Positions 18,308 through 29,354 of a stretch of 64,000 bases of DNA are shown here, one piece after another. Each line of letters starts with the position of its first letter. Within the stretch, counting starts at the first letter, position 1. Where the stretch lies: NCBI GenBank assembly GCA_038245905.1, contig JBBRRY010000005.1, positions 1 to 64,000 on the forward strand. The letters run 5' to 3'. Source of the stretch: Thermoanaerobaculia bacterium. Lineage in GTDB: Bacteria > Acidobacteriota > Thermoanaerobaculia > UBA5066. The translations under genes were made by a program, and so were the position numbers. The notes beneath the pieces are model-generated. The model did not search any database and was not told the DNA's origin. It saw only the letters and a list, made by a program, of their open reading frames with translations.

Positions 18308-19062
18308 TTCTTTTCCTTTTTCTCGGCCTTGGGAGCGGCCTTCGGGGCGGCCTTCGCTCCGGCTGCGGCGGGTTCGGCGCCTTCCTCTTCCTTCTTGCCC
18401 TTCTTGATCACCTCGGGCTCGGTGCCCGGCGCGGCGACGACACCTTCGGCACCCGGGACCGCGGCGACCGCCGCGACGACCTCCTCGGCCTTCGGGACGC
18501 CCACGTGCGCGAGGACGCGGTCGGCCTTCTCGAGGACCTTGATCCTGTCCCCGAGCTTGAGGTCCTGAACGCGGAACGAGTCGTGGATCTCCATCGCCGA
18601 GACGTCGATCTGGACGTGCTCCGGGATGTCTGCGGGGAGGCACTCGATGAGGATCTCGTGCGTGACGATGTTCAGGATGCCGCCCGCGTTCTTCACGCCG
18701 CTCGGCACCCCTTCGATCGCGACCTCGCTCTTGACGCGGAGCTTCCGGTCGAGGAGCACGCGGAAGAAGTCCACGTGAAGCAGCTTCCGCGACACCGGGT
18801 CGAGCGTGAGGTCACGGATCATCACGTGACGAGACTGATCGGTCCCCTTCAGGTTGAGCTTGAAGATCGCGTTGCCGTGGAGGCCCTTGTTGAGAAGAGT
18901 CGCGAGGGTCTTGCGCGGCACCTGCAGCGACCACGTCTCCATGTCCTTGCCGCCTCCGTAGAGGACGGCCGGGATCAGGTCGTTGGCGCGCAGGCGGTTT
19001 GCCGCGTTCTTCCCGGTGGTGAGACGCTTTTCGACTTCGACGACGATTTTTTCCTGGAGCAT
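18304..19062 (-). CDS. rplY: 50S ribosomal protein L25/Ctc
   Basis: GKNAANRLR, IPAVLYG, LLHVDF, EPEVIKKGKK. Confidence 0.96.
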   Translation of the reverse strand: MLQEKIVVEVEKRLTTGKNAANRLRANDLIPAVLYGGGKDMETWSLQVPRKTLATLLNKGLHGNAIFKLNLKGTDQSRHVMIRDLTLDPVSRKLLHVDFFRVLLDRKLRVKSEVAIEGVPSGVKNAGGILNIVTHEILIECLPADIPEHVQIDVSAMEIHDSFRVQDLKLGDRIKVLEKADRVLAHVGVPKAEEVVAAVAAVPGAEGVVAAPGTEPEVIKKGKKEEEGAEPAAAGAKAAPKAAPKAEKKEKK

Positions 19063-19119
19063 GGGTTCCTTTCCTGGGCGCCCGGTCCCGGGGGATTCCC
19101 CCGGAGCGGACGGTCCGGC

Positions 19120-20073
<954 letters not shown>

Positions 20074-20109
20074 GGGTTCTCAGGACCTCAATGGCGGCGG
20101 CCGGGAGAA

Positions 20110-20184
20110 TGGCTGGGGAGGGAGGATTCGAACCTCCGGTAGGCGGTTCCAAAGACCGCTGACTTACCACTTGTCGACTCCCCA
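20110..20184 (-). tRNA. tRNA-Gln (anticodon TTG)
   Basis: Cloverleaf TGGGGAG...GCGGT-CTTTGGA-ACCGC...GTTCGAATCC...CCA; usual position between ispE and prs. Confidence 0.96.
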
Positions 20185-20221
20185 TCCGGAAGTCCCGCGT
20201 GGATTCTCGCGCAGTCGGAGG

Positions 20222-21118
20222 TCATCTGCGTGGTGCCCCCGGCAGCGGCCTCGCGCGCCGCGCGAACGCTGCCCGGGAAACGGTCTTTACGATCGTCATC
20301 GTCGTCTCTTCCCGAAGCCCCGCGAGCCCTTCGAAGGCACGCCGGGCGCTTTCCTCATCTCCAAAAAACCCGAACACCGTCGAGCCGCTCCCGGACAGGC
20401 GCGCACTCGTGGCGCCGGAGTCCGACAGGGCCGCCCGGAACCTGCGCAATTCGCCCCGGAGAGACTCCGCCGCCGGTTCCAGATCGTTCCGATCCTGCCC
20501 GCCACCGGAATCAGAACCGGGAAGGTTAGTGGCGGCGGCCGAATCTGTCAACGCGGCGGCGGCGAGCGCCCCGTAAACTACTGCAGTCCGCAGGGAAAAC
20601 CGGGGAAGGACGAGGACGAGCCACTCCTCCGGCCCGTCGTCGAGCGGCTCCAGAATTTCGCCCCGTCCTGTGCCCCGGGCGCGGCCACCGAGAAGGAAGA
20701 ACGGGACGTCAGAGCCGAGGGAGGCCGCAAGTGAGTGTAGATCCTCCTCGGTGAGAGTCAGTTCCCAGAGCGCAGAGAGCCCTCGCAAGGCCGCAGCCGC
20801 ATTCGAGCTGCCGCCGCCCATCCCACCGCCGATGGGGATTCTCTTCGAAAGGTGAACGTCCGCGCCCCGCGTCACGCCGGCCCGCGCGAGTAGAGCCTTC
20901 GCCGCGCGCAACACCAGATTCTCGTCGCCGGAAGGCAGGTCTGCCCCTTCGATCGTCAGCGCGACGCCCTCTTCTTCCCTTTCTAAGAAATCCATCCGAT
21001 CCGAAAGGTCGACGGTCTGGAAGATCGTGTCGATCTCGTGATATCCGTCCGGCCTCTTCCCGAGTAAGCGCAGGGAGCGATTCACCTTCGCGAAGGACTC
21101 GAGGGTAAGCCGCTTCAC
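20222..21118 (-). CDS. ispE: 4-diphosphocytidyl-2-C-methyl-D-erythritol kinase
   Basis: AKVN, DGYHE, IPIGGGMGGGSSNAA, GSDVPFF, LSGSGST. Confidence 0.95.
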   Translation of the reverse strand: MKRLTLESFAKVNRSLRLLGKRPDGYHEIDTIFQTVDLSDRMDFLEREEEGVALTIEGADLPSGDENLVLRAAKALLARAGVTRGADVHLSKRIPIGGGMGGGSSNAAAALRGLSALWELTLTEEDLHSLAASLGSDVPFFLLGGRARGTGRGEILEPLDDGPEEWLVLVLPRFSLRTAVVYGALAAAALTDSAAATNLPGSDSGGGQDRNDLEPAAESLRGELRRFRAALSDSGATSARLSGSGSTVFGFFGDEESARRAFEGLAGLREETTMTIVKTVSRAAFARRARPLPGAPRR

Positions 21119-21795
21119 AGGGGCGGAACCTCTTCGCCTTCGGGCCACGACGAGTAGGCCTCGAGGGTGAGAACGGCTCGCCCGTCGGGGCCGTTCGCTT
21201 CGAGGCGGCGGGGTACGCCCTCTCCCGGCTGGAGTTTCACGACCTCGCCGCCCGGAAAGGACATCTCGGTCACGCGGCCTTCACGGTCCACGGAGGCCGA
21301 GGGCGACAGGGGCTCATCCGGAACGCCGAGAATGCAAGAGATGAGGTCGGAGGAAGACAGTTTTCCGGGAAATGGCCGGGCGCCGTCGTTCGTTCCATTT
21401 CTGAGAAATCCCCCTCTCCCGCTCCCTGCGATCGGCGCCGAAGCGCGCCAGTCGAGCGTCCTCGTCGCGCCATCCCACCAGACCGAAAGGTAGCCGTGGC
21501 CGATCGCGCCGACCTTGGGCGAGACCTCCGCCTTGAAGAGCGCCTTGAAGCGGCGGGTGGGATCCCAGGCGCGGGCGCGGAGCCGCTCATAGGCTTCGGA
21601 AGAAGATGAAGAAGAAGAAGAAAGAGAATTTTCTTTGAAGGGGGAAGAGGGCAAGGGCGTCGATTGCGCGGGTTGTGGAGGCGCCGCGCTCGCCGGCGCG
21701 CGCTGCGGCGCCCCGCTGCCGCATCCACTTTCTAAGCAAAAGAAAACCGAAACAAGAACCGATACTCCCGCCCGAAGCGCGAGGGTCCCCGTCAC
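21115..21795 (-). CDS. Putative lipoprotein at the lolB syntenic position
   Basis: Hydrophobic N-terminus ending SGC; GTGA-coupled between TPR gene and ispE. Confidence 0.6.
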   Translation of the reverse strand: MTGTLALRAGVSVLVSVFFCLESGCGSGAPQRAPASAAPPQPAQSTPLPSSPFKENSLSSSSSSSSEAYERLRARAWDPTRRFKALFKAEVSPKVGAIGHGYLSVWWDGATRTLDWRASAPIAGSGRGGFLRNGTNDGARPFPGKLSSSDLISCILGVPDEPLSPSASVDREGRVTEMSFPGGEVVKLQPGEGVPRRLEANGPDGRAVLTLEAYSSWPEGEEVPPL

Positions 21796-23780
21796 TTTTT
21801 CGCGTCGGTCTTCTGGAGCTTGTCGTCGAGACGGCGCTTGACGTCTTCGTCGGGCTTGAGCGTCAGCGCGCGTTTCCAGCTCTCCCGGGCGCCCGGGCGG
21901 TCTCCCTTCTTCTCGAAGAGATCCCCGAGGTGCTCCTCGACCGTGGCGTCATCGGGATTGAGGACGGCCGCGGCTCGGAGGTTTTCCTCTGCCTTGTCGA
22001 GCTTGTTCAGCTGGAAGTAAACCCATCCCAGCGAATCGAGGTAGGCGCCATTTCCCGGCTCCAGGTCGACGGCCTTCCGGATGAGCTCCAGCGCGCGCGG
22101 CAGGTTCTCGCCCCGGTCAGCCCACATGTATCCGAGGTAATTCATGCCCGGCGCGTGGTCGCTCCGAACTTTGAGGAGCTTCTCGAATGCATCCACCGAT
22201 TCGGAGACCTTCTTCTCCCTTTCCAGGGACGCGGCGAGACGGAAGAGAAGGTCCGGGTCTTCCTTGTCGCGTTCCAGCCCCGCACGCGCTGTGGCGGCCG
22301 CGCGGCCGAATTTGTCGAGGCGCTGCCAGGCATCCGCGGCCAGGAGCGTGCCGGCCTTGTCCTCGGCGGCAAGGGCGTCGAGCATCTTCACGCCCTCGGC
22401 CTGTTCTTCGGCAGACGCCGAGCGGAGGCGGAATTCCGCGTAGTTCGCGCGCAGCATCGGCGTCTTCTTCGGCGCCTTGTCGTAAGCGTCCTTCGACAGG
22501 CGGAGCCCCTCGGCCCAGTCCTCGCGGTCGCGGGCGATCTGCAGGAGCAGGCTGTACGCCTGGAGATTGAGACCTTCCTCGCCCCTGAGGTGCGGCTCGA
22601 GGCGCGCCGTGGCGGCCGCATAGTCTTTTCTGAGATAGGCGGCATACCCGAGCTGTCCGTCGATCTGGGCGATCTCGGGGCCGGCCGGCTTCTTCGCGAC
22701 GAGAGAGGCGCGCAACTCATGAAGCACCGCTTCGGCTTCCGGGATGCGGCGTGCCTCGAGGAAGTTCATGGCGCGTCGATATGGTATTTCGAGGTCGTCC
22801 GGTTCGAGCGCCTGGAGCTTTCGGAGAGCCTCATCGGCCTTGTCGGGCTCGCGCGTCTCCGAAAGAAGCGCCGCATGCAGGCGCAGGGCCTCGCGGTTCC
22901 CGGGATCGCCGGCAAGCACTTCCTCGAGGATCTTGCGAGCCTCGGCAAACCGTCGCCCTCGCAGGAGAAGTCCTCCGTACTGTGTCTTGAGTCCGAGATT
23001 ACCGGGCTGCTGCTTCAGGAAGCTCTGGAGAATGGGAACCGCCTTGTCGAACTGGCGGCCGCGGTCGAAGACGCGGAGGAGACCGAGCAGCGCCGCACCG
23101 TTCTCCGGGTCCAGCTTCAGGAGGCCCTTGTAGACTTCTTCGGCCTGCGGAAGCTGGTTGCTGCGCTCGAGCGTCTCGCCGTAGAGAAGGAGAACGGCGG
23201 GTCCGTTCGCGCGATCGAGAACCCCCTCGAGCACCGCGGAAGCCTCCTTCGGCTTCTCGAGACGGAGAAGGACCTGCGCATAGGCGACGGCTCCCTGAGG
23301 ATCGGAAGGCGCCAGCTCGTTCGCCGCCTTTAGCTGGGACGCAGCCTCTTCGAGGCGAGTCTTGTCCTTCGCGGTCGCGAGGAGTACCTGTCCGAGGAGC
23401 CGATGCGCTCCCGCGCTGTTCGGGGAAAGCTCGACGGCCTTGCGGGCCTCCTTCTCGGCTTCGGGATACACGGGAAGGTCGCGGAGAAGCTCACCGTATT
23501 CGCGGCGGAGCGCGCCGTCCGTCGGATCCAGCTCGACGGCCTTCTTGAATTCGCGTACGGCCGCCTCGAACTCGCTGTCCTGGGCGTAGAGCCTTGCCCG
23601 AAGGTAGTGCTCCACGGCCTCGCGGCGGCGGCTTTCCTTCTGGCCGAGCGCGTCCTTGACGGAGACTTTTCCGCTCTCCGCACCCGCTGTCTGGGCAGCC
23701 AGCGGCACGGCGGAAAACGACAGGAAGGCGCCAAGGGCACCGGCGAAAGCGAGAACACAGCGTCTATCCGGCATCGACAT
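21792..23780 (-). CDS. Exported TPR protein
   Basis: Signal peptide, many TPRs, NYLGYMWAD and AYLDSLGWVY C-terminal motifs. Confidence 0.9.
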   Translation of the reverse strand: MSMPDRRCVLAFAGALGAFLSFSAVPLAAQTAGAESGKVSVKDALGQKESRRREAVEHYLRARLYAQDSEFEAAVREFKKAVELDPTDGALRREYGELLRDLPVYPEAEKEARKAVELSPNSAGAHRLLGQVLLATAKDKTRLEEAASQLKAANELAPSDPQGAVAYAQVLLRLEKPKEASAVLEGVLDRANGPAVLLLYGETLERSNQLPQAEEVYKGLLKLDPENGAALLGLLRVFDRGRQFDKAVPILQSFLKQQPGNLGLKTQYGGLLLRGRRFAEARKILEEVLAGDPGNREALRLHAALLSETREPDKADEALRKLQALEPDDLEIPYRRAMNFLEARRIPEAEAVLHELRASLVAKKPAGPEIAQIDGQLGYAAYLRKDYAAATARLEPHLRGEEGLNLQAYSLLLQIARDREDWAEGLRLSKDAYDKAPKKTPMLRANYAEFRLRSASAEEQAEGVKMLDALAAEDKAGTLLAADAWQRLDKFGRAAATARAGLERDKEDPDLLFRLAASLEREKKVSESVDAFEKLLKVRSDHAPGMNYLGYMWADRGENLPRALELIRKAVDLEPGNGAYLDSLGWVYFQLNKLDKAEENLRAAAVLNPDDATVEEHLGDLFEKKGDRPGARESWKRALTLKPDEDVKRRLDDKLQKTDAKK

Positions 23781-23817
23781 GCAGTCTACTCCGCAAGAAA
23801 CGGGCCGCCGGATGGAT

Positions 23818-25530
23818 CTAGAAGACCGCCGGCTCTTGGTACGTCGCGAAGACCTCACGCATGACGTCGGAGATCTCCCCGACCGTCGCATAGGCTTTCA
23901 CGGCCTCGACGAGAGGGGGCATGACGTTCGCCCCGCCCGCGCAGGCCGCCTTGAGGTCGTGAAGCTTTTGCATGGCCGTGCGCGTGTCGCGGAGGCGGCG
24001 GACCTCGTTCAGCGTCTTCAGCTGCTCGGCGGCCGTCTCCTCGGAGATCGTCAGGATGGCCACTTCGTCCCCCGGAACGGACTCCGTGAACGCGTTGACC
24101 CCCACCATGACTTTTTCCTTCGCGTCGAAGGCGCGCTGAAAGCGATAGGCGGCATCCATGATCTCGCGCTGCGGAAAGCCCGCCTCGATCGCTTCCACCA
24201 TGCCGCCGTAAGCGTCGATGCGCCGGAAATAGTCGAGGGTGCCCGCTTCCATCCGATTCGTGAGCTCCTCGACGAAATACGAGCCGCCGAGGGGGTCGAC
24301 CGTGTTGGCGACGCCCGTTTCGTGAAGGATGATCTGCTGCGTCCTCACGGCGATCTTCGCGGCGAATTCGGTCGGGAGCGCGAGCGTCTCGTCGAGCGCG
24401 TTCGCGTGGAGCGAGTTCGTGCCGCCGAGAACGGCCGCGAGGGACTGAATCGCGACGCGGGCGACGTTGTTATAAGGCTGCTGCGCCGTGAGCGAGACGC
24501 CGGCGGTCTGCGAGTGGAAGCGCATCTTCCAGCTCTCGGGCTTCTTCGCGCCGTAGCGATCGCGCATGACCTTCGCCCAGATGCGGCGCGCCGCACGATA
24601 CTTCGCGATCTCCTCGAAGAAATCGTTGTGCGCGTTGAAGAAGAACGAGAGCCGCGGCGCGAAGTCATCCACGTCGAGCCCGCTGTCGACGCCGTACTGG
24701 ACGTACTCCATCCCGTCCCGCAGCGTGAAGGCGAGCTCCTGGAGCGCCGTCGAGCCGGCCTCGCGGATGTGATACCCAGAGATCGAAACGGTGTTCCACT
24801 TCGGGACGTGCTTCGCGCAGAACGCGAACTGATCGGTCACGAGCCGCATCGAGGGCCGCGGCGGGAAGATGTACTCCTTCTGGGCGATGTATTCCTTCAG
24901 GATGTCGTTCTGCAGCGTGCCGCCGACCTTTGACCATGGCGTCCCGTGCTGCTCGGCGACCGCGAGGTACATCGCGAGCGCGATCGGCGCCGTCGAGTTG
25001 ATCGTCATGGAGGTCGTCACCGTACCGAGGTCGATGCCGTCGAACAAGGCCTCGAAGTCGCGCAGGGTGTCGATCGCGACGCCGCACTTCCCGACTTCGC
25101 CGGCCGACATCGGGTGGTCGGAGTCGTAGCCGTAGAGCGTCGGCAGGTGAAAGGCCGTGGAGAGGCCCGTCTGGCCGTGCGCGAGGAGCTGTTTGAAGCG
25201 CTCGTTCGTCTGCCGCGCGGTGCCGAAGCCCGCGAACTGGCGGATCGTCCAGGGCTTGCCGCGGTACATCGTGGGCTGCACGCCACGCGTGTAGGGAAAC
25301 TCGCCGGGCCATCCGAGATCGCGGTCGAAATCGAAGGCGCCGAGGTCGTCCGGCGTCGCGAGCGTGTTCACCTCGGCCGACGAGACCGTCGTGAAGTCCT
25401 TCCGCCACGCGGGTGTCTTCGCGAAGGCGGCCGCGGCCTTCACGCGCCATTCTTCCTTGGCCTTCCGGATCCGCTCCTGCTCGGGGGTCAAGGGGAGAAC
25501 AGATTCGTGCCCGGCGGGCTTCTCGCTCAT
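23818..25530 (-). CDS. Methylmalonyl-CoA mutase family, substrate-binding subunit
   Basis: [37 protein letters not shown]; no B12-binding domain. Confidence 0.95.
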   Translation of the reverse strand: MSEKPAGHESVLPLTPEQERIRKAKEEWRVKAAAAFAKTPAWRKDFTTVSSAEVNTLATPDDLGAFDFDRDLGWPGEFPYTRGVQPTMYRGKPWTIRQFAGFGTARQTNERFKQLLAHGQTGLSTAFHLPTLYGYDSDHPMSAGEVGKCGVAIDTLRDFEALFDGIDLGTVTTSMTINSTAPIALAMYLAVAEQHGTPWSKVGGTLQNDILKEYIAQKEYIFPPRPSMRLVTDQFAFCAKHVPKWNTVSISGYHIREAGSTALQELAFTLRDGMEYVQYGVDSGLDVDDFAPRLSFFFNAHNDFFEEIAKYRAARRIWAKVMRDRYGAKKPESWKMRFHSQTAGVSLTAQQPYNNVARVAIQSLAAVLGGTNSLHANALDETLALPTEFAAKIAVRTQQIILHETGVANTVDPLGGSYFVEELTNRMEAGTLDYFRRIDAYGGMVEAIEAGFPQREIMDAAYRFQRAFDAKEKVMVGVNAFTESVPGDEVAILTISEETAAEQLKTLNEVRRLRDTRTAMQKLHDLKAACAGGANVMPPLVEAVKAYATVGEISDVMREVFATYQEPAVF

Positions 25531-25555
25531 GAGGCCATTGTATTTCGTGGGAGTT

Positions 25556-26818
25556 TCAAAAGGGAGTCCTCTGGCCACGCTGAAGAGCGGCGACCGAGGG
25601 AGGCTTCCGAAGAAGGGCGAGGCGGCCCTTTCGGACGCCGGCCTCCGTCGGCCATTCGTGCGAGAGGAAGAGCGGCATCGACTCCGTGTAGCCGTAAGCG
25701 CCCGCATTCTCGAAGGCGAGGAGGTCGCCCCGTTCGGGCAGCGGGAGGCGGGCGGCGGGGTGCAGGACGTCGAGGCTGGTACAGAGGGGACCGGAAAGAA
25801 CCAGGGATTTCTTTGAAGGTGAAGAGGGCTGCGGGCTGCGGCTCCTCTTCGCCTGGATCAGCCTCACTTGGTGCGGCGTCCCGAGGAGGACGGGCCGGAG
25901 GAAATGGTGGACGCCGCCGTCCACGAGGACATAGTCCACGCCGATGCTGCGCTTCGTCCCGAGGACGCGCGTCACGTACGTCCCGGCTTCGGCCACGAGA
26001 AACCGCCCGGGCTCGAATACGAGGCGGACTGAGTCGGGCAGCCCTCTCGCGCGCGCCTCCCGTACTACTGCCCCCATACCCTTTCTAAGAATCTTCAAAT
26101 CCAACGGTCTTTCTGCCGCGGCATAGGGCACTCCGAAGCCGCCTCCGAAATCAACGGAGCGAAGAAGCACCGAGTATCTCTTTGAAAGTGAAAGAGCGAG
26201 GTTCAGGACGTTTCGCGTGTTCTCGACGAGCAGCGCCGCGTCGAGGACGTTGGACGCGTTGAAGACCTGAAAGCCGCAGATGTCGAGATGCCGAAATCTC
26301 TCTTTCACTCGAAGAATCTTCACGGCGCTCGCCAGGTCGAAACCAAACTTTTTCGCTCCCGGGCCGCCGATGATCACGCGCTTCTCGGCGATCCCCCACG
26401 GCGGATTCAAGCGAAGGCCGACAGGCACGGTTCGCCGCGCCCGCCTGGCGATCTCCTCCAGCCTCTCGAGCTCCCACTCCCCTTCCGCGTGAATGATCGA
26501 CACTCGGGCGCGCACGAGCGCTTCGAGATCCGCGTCGGATTTCGCGGGGCCTGTGGAAAGAATCTTCGAAGGTGGACATCCGGCGCGGCGCACCGCGAGC
26601 AGCTCGCCCCGGGATGCGACGTCCGAGGAGAGACCGAATTTGCTTAGAAAGGTAAGAACTCCGAGCGAGGGGTTAGCTTTGACCGCGTAGGCAATCTCGA
26701 AGCGCGGCCCAATCGCCGAGCGGAGCGCGCGTACGCGCGCCTCGATGACATCGAAGTCGTAGAGATACAGCGGCGTCCCGAACCGAACCGCCGCACGACG
26801 CACCACAGAGTCCGACAA
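25556..26818 (-). CDS. lysA: Diaminopimelate decarboxylase
   Basis: [40 protein letters not shown]; last gene of dap operon. Confidence 0.85.
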   Translation of the reverse strand: MSDSVVRRAAVRFGTPLYLYDFDVIEARVRALRSAIGPRFEIAYAVKANPSLGVLTFLSKFGLSSDVASRGELLAVRRAGCPPSKILSTGPAKSDADLEALVRARVSIIHAEGEWELERLEEIARRARRTVPVGLRLNPPWGIAEKRVIIGGPGAKKFGFDLASAVKILRVKERFRHLDICGFQVFNASNVLDAALLVENTRNVLNLALSLSKRYSVLLRSVDFGGGFGVPYAAAERPLDLKILRKGMGAVVREARARGLPDSVRLVFEPGRFLVAEAGTYVTRVLGTKRSIGVDYVLVDGGVHHFLRPVLLGTPHQVRLIQAKRSRSPQPSSPSKKSLVLSGPLCTSLDVLHPAARLPLPERGDLLAFENAGAYGYTESMPLFLSHEWPTEAGVRKGRLALLRKPPSVAALQRGQRTPF

Positions 26819-26881
26819 AGGCCTATTACCCTTCTAAGAAATCCCCGGTCGCGCGGCCGAAGGCCGCGTGCAGAAATCTCC

Positions 26882-27649
26882 TCATCTCAGCGCGCTCTCG
26901 AGCACCGTCCTCGCGTCCGTCTTCGCGTCGCGGTACTTCACGATCACGGGCGCCGCGAGGGAAAGGCCGTGACATTTGCCCCACGCGCCGGGCGCGGGGC
27001 GCGCGCCCATGACGACGACTGCGCCCTCCGGCACGACGAGCGGGCGCTCGGGTGTCGAGCGATGCTCCTTCTCGTTCACGAGGTCGAAGAGAACGCTCGA
27101 CGCCGTCAGGATCACGCCCGCCGCGAGCACCGCCCGTCGCTTCACGCAGACGCCCTCGTAGACGCCTGCTCCGCCGCCCACGAAGACCTCGTCCTCGAGG
27201 ACCACCGGCACCGCGCCCACCGGCTCGAGGACGCCGCCCACCTGCGCGGCCGCCGAAAGGTGCACGCGCTTCCCCACCTGCGCGCACGAGCCGACGAGCG
27301 CATGGCTGTCGATCATCGAGCCCTCGTCGACGTACGCTCCGACGTTCACGTAGGCGGGCGGCATCACGACGACACCCTTCGCGAGGAACGCCCCACGTCG
27401 GATGGCCGTCCCGCCGGGAACGACGCGGACCCCCGCGGGCAGGGGCTGGCGCGGCGGAAGCGTGTCGCGGTCGCGGAAGAGGAATGGGCCCGCCTCGCTC
27501 GGCTCCTCGACGCCGAGCCGGAACGCCTCCAGGATGCCCTCCTTGACCGCCGCGTTCGCCACCCAGTCGCCGTTCGCGTCGGGAGAAGCGGCGCGGACCT
27601 CGCCGCGCTCTAGCGCCCCGAGCAGCGCGAAGACGTCTTCGCGCGTCAT
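26882..27649 (-). CDS. dapD: Tetrahydrodipicolinate N-succinyltransferase
   Basis: YVNVGAYVD, VGSCAQVG, GGVLEP, KYRDAKT. Confidence 0.95.
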   Translation of the reverse strand: MTREDVFALLGALERGEVRAASPDANGDWVANAAVKEGILEAFRLGVEEPSEAGPFLFRDRDTLPPRQPLPAGVRVVPGGTAIRRGAFLAKGVVVMPPAYVNVGAYVDEGSMIDSHALVGSCAQVGKRVHLSAAAQVGGVLEPVGAVPVVLEDEVFVGGGAGVYEGVCVKRRAVLAAGVILTASSVLFDLVNEKEHRSTPERPLVVPEGAVVVMGARPAPGAWGKCHGLSLAAPVIVKYRDAKTDARTVLESALR

Positions 27650-28599
27650 GCGGCGACCGCCTCGACGGGCCTTCCAGCCGCATCGAGGAGGCCGGCCGCC
27701 GTCAGAGCTTCCTCCATCGGCTTGTGGTGCGCGGGCGAGAGGGGCACGAGCGGAAGGCGCAGCGTGCCGCCGACGAGGCCCAGCCTCTCGAGAGCCCACT
27801 TCACGGGGATCGGGTTCGACTCCCGAAAATTCGTCTTCATGAGAGGGAAGATTCTCGCCTGAAGCTCGGCGGCACGGATTCTGTTTCCGGCGAGGGCCGC
27901 GGCGATCGCCTCCCCATACAAGGCCGGAGCTTCGTTCGAGACGACGGCAATCACGCCTTCCGCTCCGCAGGCGATCATCGGAACCGCGAGCGAATCTTCG
28001 CCCGAGAGCACCGAGAATCCGTCAGGACGCGCGCGGAGGATCTCGCAGGCCTGGTCGAGGCTGCCCGAGGCTTCCTTCACGGCCACGATGCGCGGGTCCT
28101 TCGCAAGCTCGAGCACGGTGTCGGGCAGCATGTTGAGCCCCGTACGGCCCGGCACGTTGTAAAGGACGATCGGCAGCCCGCCCGCGTCCGCGACGGCCTT
28201 GAAATGCGCGACGAGGCCACGCGGCGTGGGCTTGTTGTAGTAGGGCGTGACGACGAGAAGCGCGTCCGCGCCGGCCCGCCGGCACCGCCCGGCGAGGTCC
28301 CGCGCCTTCTTCGTGTCGTTCGAGCCGCAGCCCGCGATGACATTTACGCGTCGGGACGCCGCGCGCGCTTCCTCGACCGCAATCGCGACGACACGCTCGT
28401 GCTCATCGGGATCGAGCGTGACCGCCTCCCCCGTGGTCCCGCACGGTACGAGGCCGGCGACGCCGCCGGCGATCTGACGCTTGACGAGGCGGCGGAGGCC
28501 CAGTTCGTCGAGCGCGCCATCGTCTTTGAATGGTGTCACGAGAGCCGTGAACACGCCGGAAAAAGAAAGAGAAGAGCTCCTTGAATGTGAAGAGGTCAT
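27646..28599 (-). CDS. dapA: 4-hydroxy-tetrahydrodipicolinate synthase
   Basis: TALVTPF, GTTGE, PYYNKP, YNVPGRTG, KEASG. Confidence 0.97.
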   Translation of the reverse strand: MTSSHSRSSSLSFSGVFTALVTPFKDDGALDELGLRRLVKRQIAGGVAGLVPCGTTGEAVTLDPDEHERVVAIAVEEARAASRRVNVIAGCGSNDTKKARDLAGRCRRAGADALLVVTPYYNKPTPRGLVAHFKAVADAGGLPIVLYNVPGRTGLNMLPDTVLELAKDPRIVAVKEASGSLDQACEILRARPDGFSVLSGEDSLAVPMIACGAEGVIAVVSNEAPALYGEAIAAALAGNRIRAAELQARIFPLMKTNFRESNPIPVKWALERLGLVGGTLRLPLVPLSPAHHKPMEEALTAAGLLDAAGRPVEAVAA

Positions 28600-29354
28600 G
28601 AGGATCGCCCTCCGTTGCCGTGGGACGCGCCGGCTTTCGCGGCCGCCGCGAAGAAGTCGTCAAAGGTCAGGGGGCCCGTCCGCCCGCTCTCGAGCATCCA
28701 CTCCGCGGCACGGACCGCGCCCAGCGCGAAGATCGCGCGCGAACGGGCGCGATGCACGAATTCCAGAGTCTCGCTCTCTCCCTCGAAGAAGACCAGATGC
28801 TCTCCCGGGAGCCCACCCTGACGGAGGGAAGCGATCGGGACGCCCGCGCGCCCCGACTCCTCTTCGAGAACCGCCGCCAGCAGCTTCGCGGTTCCCGAGG
28901 GCGTGTCCTTCTTTTTCGAATGGTGTCTCTCCACGATGCCCGGCTCGAACTCGGGAAACGCTGCGAGGGCCGCGGCAGCCGCGGCGACCGCGCGCTTGAG
29001 CGCGGCGACACCGATGGAGAAATTCGAAGAATGAAGGAAGGGGATTTCTTGCTCCCGAGCGAGCCGCGCCGCCGAAGCAATGTCCCAACCCGTGGTGCCG
29101 GAGAGCACGGGGATTTTATTTGAAAGGAGGAAGGAGACCACCGGCGCTGCGGAATCCGGCGCGGTGAATTCGAAGGCGAGGTCGCAGGTCGAGGCGGTCC
29201 AGTTCCACGGTCTGCCTTTCTCCTCTTCCCCTTCTAAGCAAATCTTTCTTCCCTCTTCTCCTCCTACTCTTCCTGCGACAGAGTGGCCTCTCGCCACGAG
29301 TACCTGCTCGATCGCCTTTCCCATCTTCCCGTATCCGACCAGCAGCGCATTCAT
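28596..29354 (-). CDS. dapB: 4-hydroxy-tetrahydrodipicolinate reductase
   Basis: GYGKMG, GTTGW, NFSIG, ERHHSKKKDTPSGTA. Confidence 0.95.
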   Translation of the reverse strand: MNALLVGYGKMGKAIEQVLVARGHSVAGRVGGEEGRKICLEGEEEKGRPWNWTASTCDLAFEFTAPDSAAPVVSFLLSNKIPVLSGTTGWDIASAARLAREQEIPFLHSSNFSIGVAALKRAVAAAAAALAAFPEFEPGIVERHHSKKKDTPSGTAKLLAAVLEEESGRAGVPIASLRQGGLPGEHLVFFEGESETLEFVHRARSRAIFALGAVRAAEWMLESGRTGPLTFDDFFAAAAKAGASHGNGGRSS

